Positions 62,215 to 64,000 of a stretch of 64,000 nucleotides of DNA are shown here, in pieces. The first letter of the stretch is position 1. The number at the start of each line of letters is the position of its first letter. Position numbers and translations under genes: made by a program. The stretch covers positions 746,001 to 810,000 of the forward strand of contig CM076001.1 of NCBI GenBank assembly GCA_038087875.1. The letters run 5' to 3'. This DNA comes from Malacoraja senta. Taxonomy: Eukaryota. A model generated the notes under the pieces. It did not search any database, was not told where the DNA came from, and saw only the letters and a program-made list of their open reading frames with translations.

Positions 62215-62540
62215 TTTGTAAAAAACTTGCCCTGCTAGCTCCTTTAAGCTTTCACCCTGATCTTAATGCGATATCCTGTAGTCTTTGACATTTTCACTTG
62301 GTAAGAAGGTTCTGACTTTCTCCCCAATCTATACCTCTCATAACTTTTATATACTTCTATCAGGTCTCCCCTCAACTCCCAGTGCTCCCGAGAAAACAAT
62401 CTATAGCTACTACCGTCTAACCCAGGCAGGATTCTGGTAACCTTCTCCGTGGCCTCCGCATCCACCTGTAATGGGGCGACTGGAACTGTACATCATTCAT
62501 TCCAAATGCGGCTTAAACAAAGTTTCATAAAGCTGCAAGA
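62215..62540 (-). mobile_element. CR1 fragment
   Basis: KVTRILPGL..LRGDLIEVYK motif. Confidence 0.75.
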
Positions 62541-62953
62541 AAATAATCTATTAAACCTGCTGCTGTGTAAGGCTTGAAAAATAGAATTTAAACTACCATG
62601 ACTTAATATTAACAGGGGATCAAACATTCTGGATCAATCTTCAAATCATCTCTTATTCCAGTTTTATTGCACCCATAATCTGCCTGTGCCTCATTAAAGC
62701 CCTGAATTTACAGAGACAAGTAAATGAATATGCAGCTGATTCTATGTCTCTATATACACAGAATGCAATGGCAAGACTTTAAACTGCAGCCTTTAAAATT
62801 CCAGTCTGGTATGTGTTTTCTTTTAATTCCTGACTATGTGTACTTTTTTTCCCCAACAAGTTAGGGGAGCATTTTTATTTCCTAATGTATATGATGTTGT
62901 TTTGAATGTTAAGTGCCCATGAAATTGACTGGCTCACCGCATGAGCACCACTG

Positions 62954-64000
62954 TGTAGCAATGTTACAAAATTTTGAAATTTTAAAAATCAAGTCTGCAA
63001 TTTATCCCATCAGATAAAGCATAAAAAGAAGTTTAATTTGACACCTAATTCACCTTCATATCTTCAGTATTAAAAAAGTTATGGCCATTTTCATACTCGG
63101 AAATTAGCAGCTTCTTCCCTATTGCTTTTCCATTGACTTAACACAAAAGCTGTGATCAAGGACAGTCAAAAGCCCATAACTTTCTTAAAAATTATGAGAA
63201 CTGAAAGAAATTTTCAGTTATTATAGATTGAAGTATTCTGAAACAAATATGAAACAATCTTACTTGATGACCTGAAATAAAAGCATATAATTAGTTAGTT
63301 ACCCAATTGTAGCTAATTACAAAATTCAATTACTAGATCTAAACATCTATCAATTTCGTAAGAAAAGATGAACATTTTTAAATAGCCTAAGTGTCCAAAT
63401 AACATTCACACAAGAATTCACAATATAACATGATTTTTAAATGTCATTGTCATTAATTTATAGGCCAAATGGAAGGAATTTAATGTTTAATTCCCGTAAA
63501 TTAATGGCCATTTAAATCATCTTGCGAGTGAGATTTTCTGGAGCGCGATCAATTGGAACGTTGCATTTGCGGTGAATTTAAACCCCATGTCGGCAGGAAA
63601 AATACTGCCGGTTCGTATGGGGAATAAGTCACCTTCTCGCAATGTGAAATTTTGATTAAAGGTATCCTAAGAAGCACTTTTTAATGACAAAATAAACTGT
63701 GTACCTTGCCTTGTCCCCTACGTGAGGTCCGTCCCGTTGTCGGCGTTCACGGCTTTAGAAGATGATTTTTAATTTACTACAGTAATTAAATTAGTAAGCG
63801 CAGTTTAAAAATAATTCCAGAGAACGGCAGTCGAAGCGATTTTTCTTTAGCATCTAAACAGCCTGTTCAAAATCGATTTGAATAGGCTTCCGAAATACCG
63901 CATTTTAAACCCGCCCCCCTCTCAACGGCGCCAAAGTCGCGCACACGGGCAGTGACAGAACTGCAGCGCCGCTTAAGGTAAGTTTTGTAACATACCTACA
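62954..64000. mobile_element. Putative non-autonomous DNA transposon (about 1.05 kb), superfamily unassigned
   Basis: Inverted termini tgtagcaatgttacaaaa (62954-62971) / ttttgtaacatacctaca (63983-64000), 16 of 18 matching. No ORF. AT-rich left part and CpG-rich right part. Confidence 0.6.

Overview
Vertebrate genomic DNA, most likely a cartilaginous fish (skate/ray-like, inferred from HE1/V-type SINEs, CR1/HER1 tails and the Penelope-derived short repeats). The window is dominated by transposable elements, many of them nested, and contains no intact host gene. It holds three DIRS tyrosine-recombinase retrotransposons, a full-length decayed L1 inserted into a truncated relative, Rex1/Babar, L2, CR1 and HERO LINE pieces, Penelope remnants with hammerhead-ribozyme motifs, a non-autonomous Helitron containing a 64-bp satellite and a Gypsy fragment, and several non-autonomous DNA transposons. 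Most notable: (1) a 2.7-kb hAT element with TIRs and an 8-bp TSD that carries a decayed copy of what looks like exon 1 of TDP2 (Pack-type gene-fragment capture); (2) a strand-specific long-range complementarity bracketing L1 ORF2, with a G-U wobble and apparent covariation between copies; (3) a conserved, very closely spaced splice donor/acceptor pair in the leaders of all three DIRS copies. Two weak candidate minus-strand host exons and two RFX X-boxes are noted. All assignments were made by eye and from recalled family motifs, without database searches. Boundaries not fixed by a TIR or TSD are approximate.
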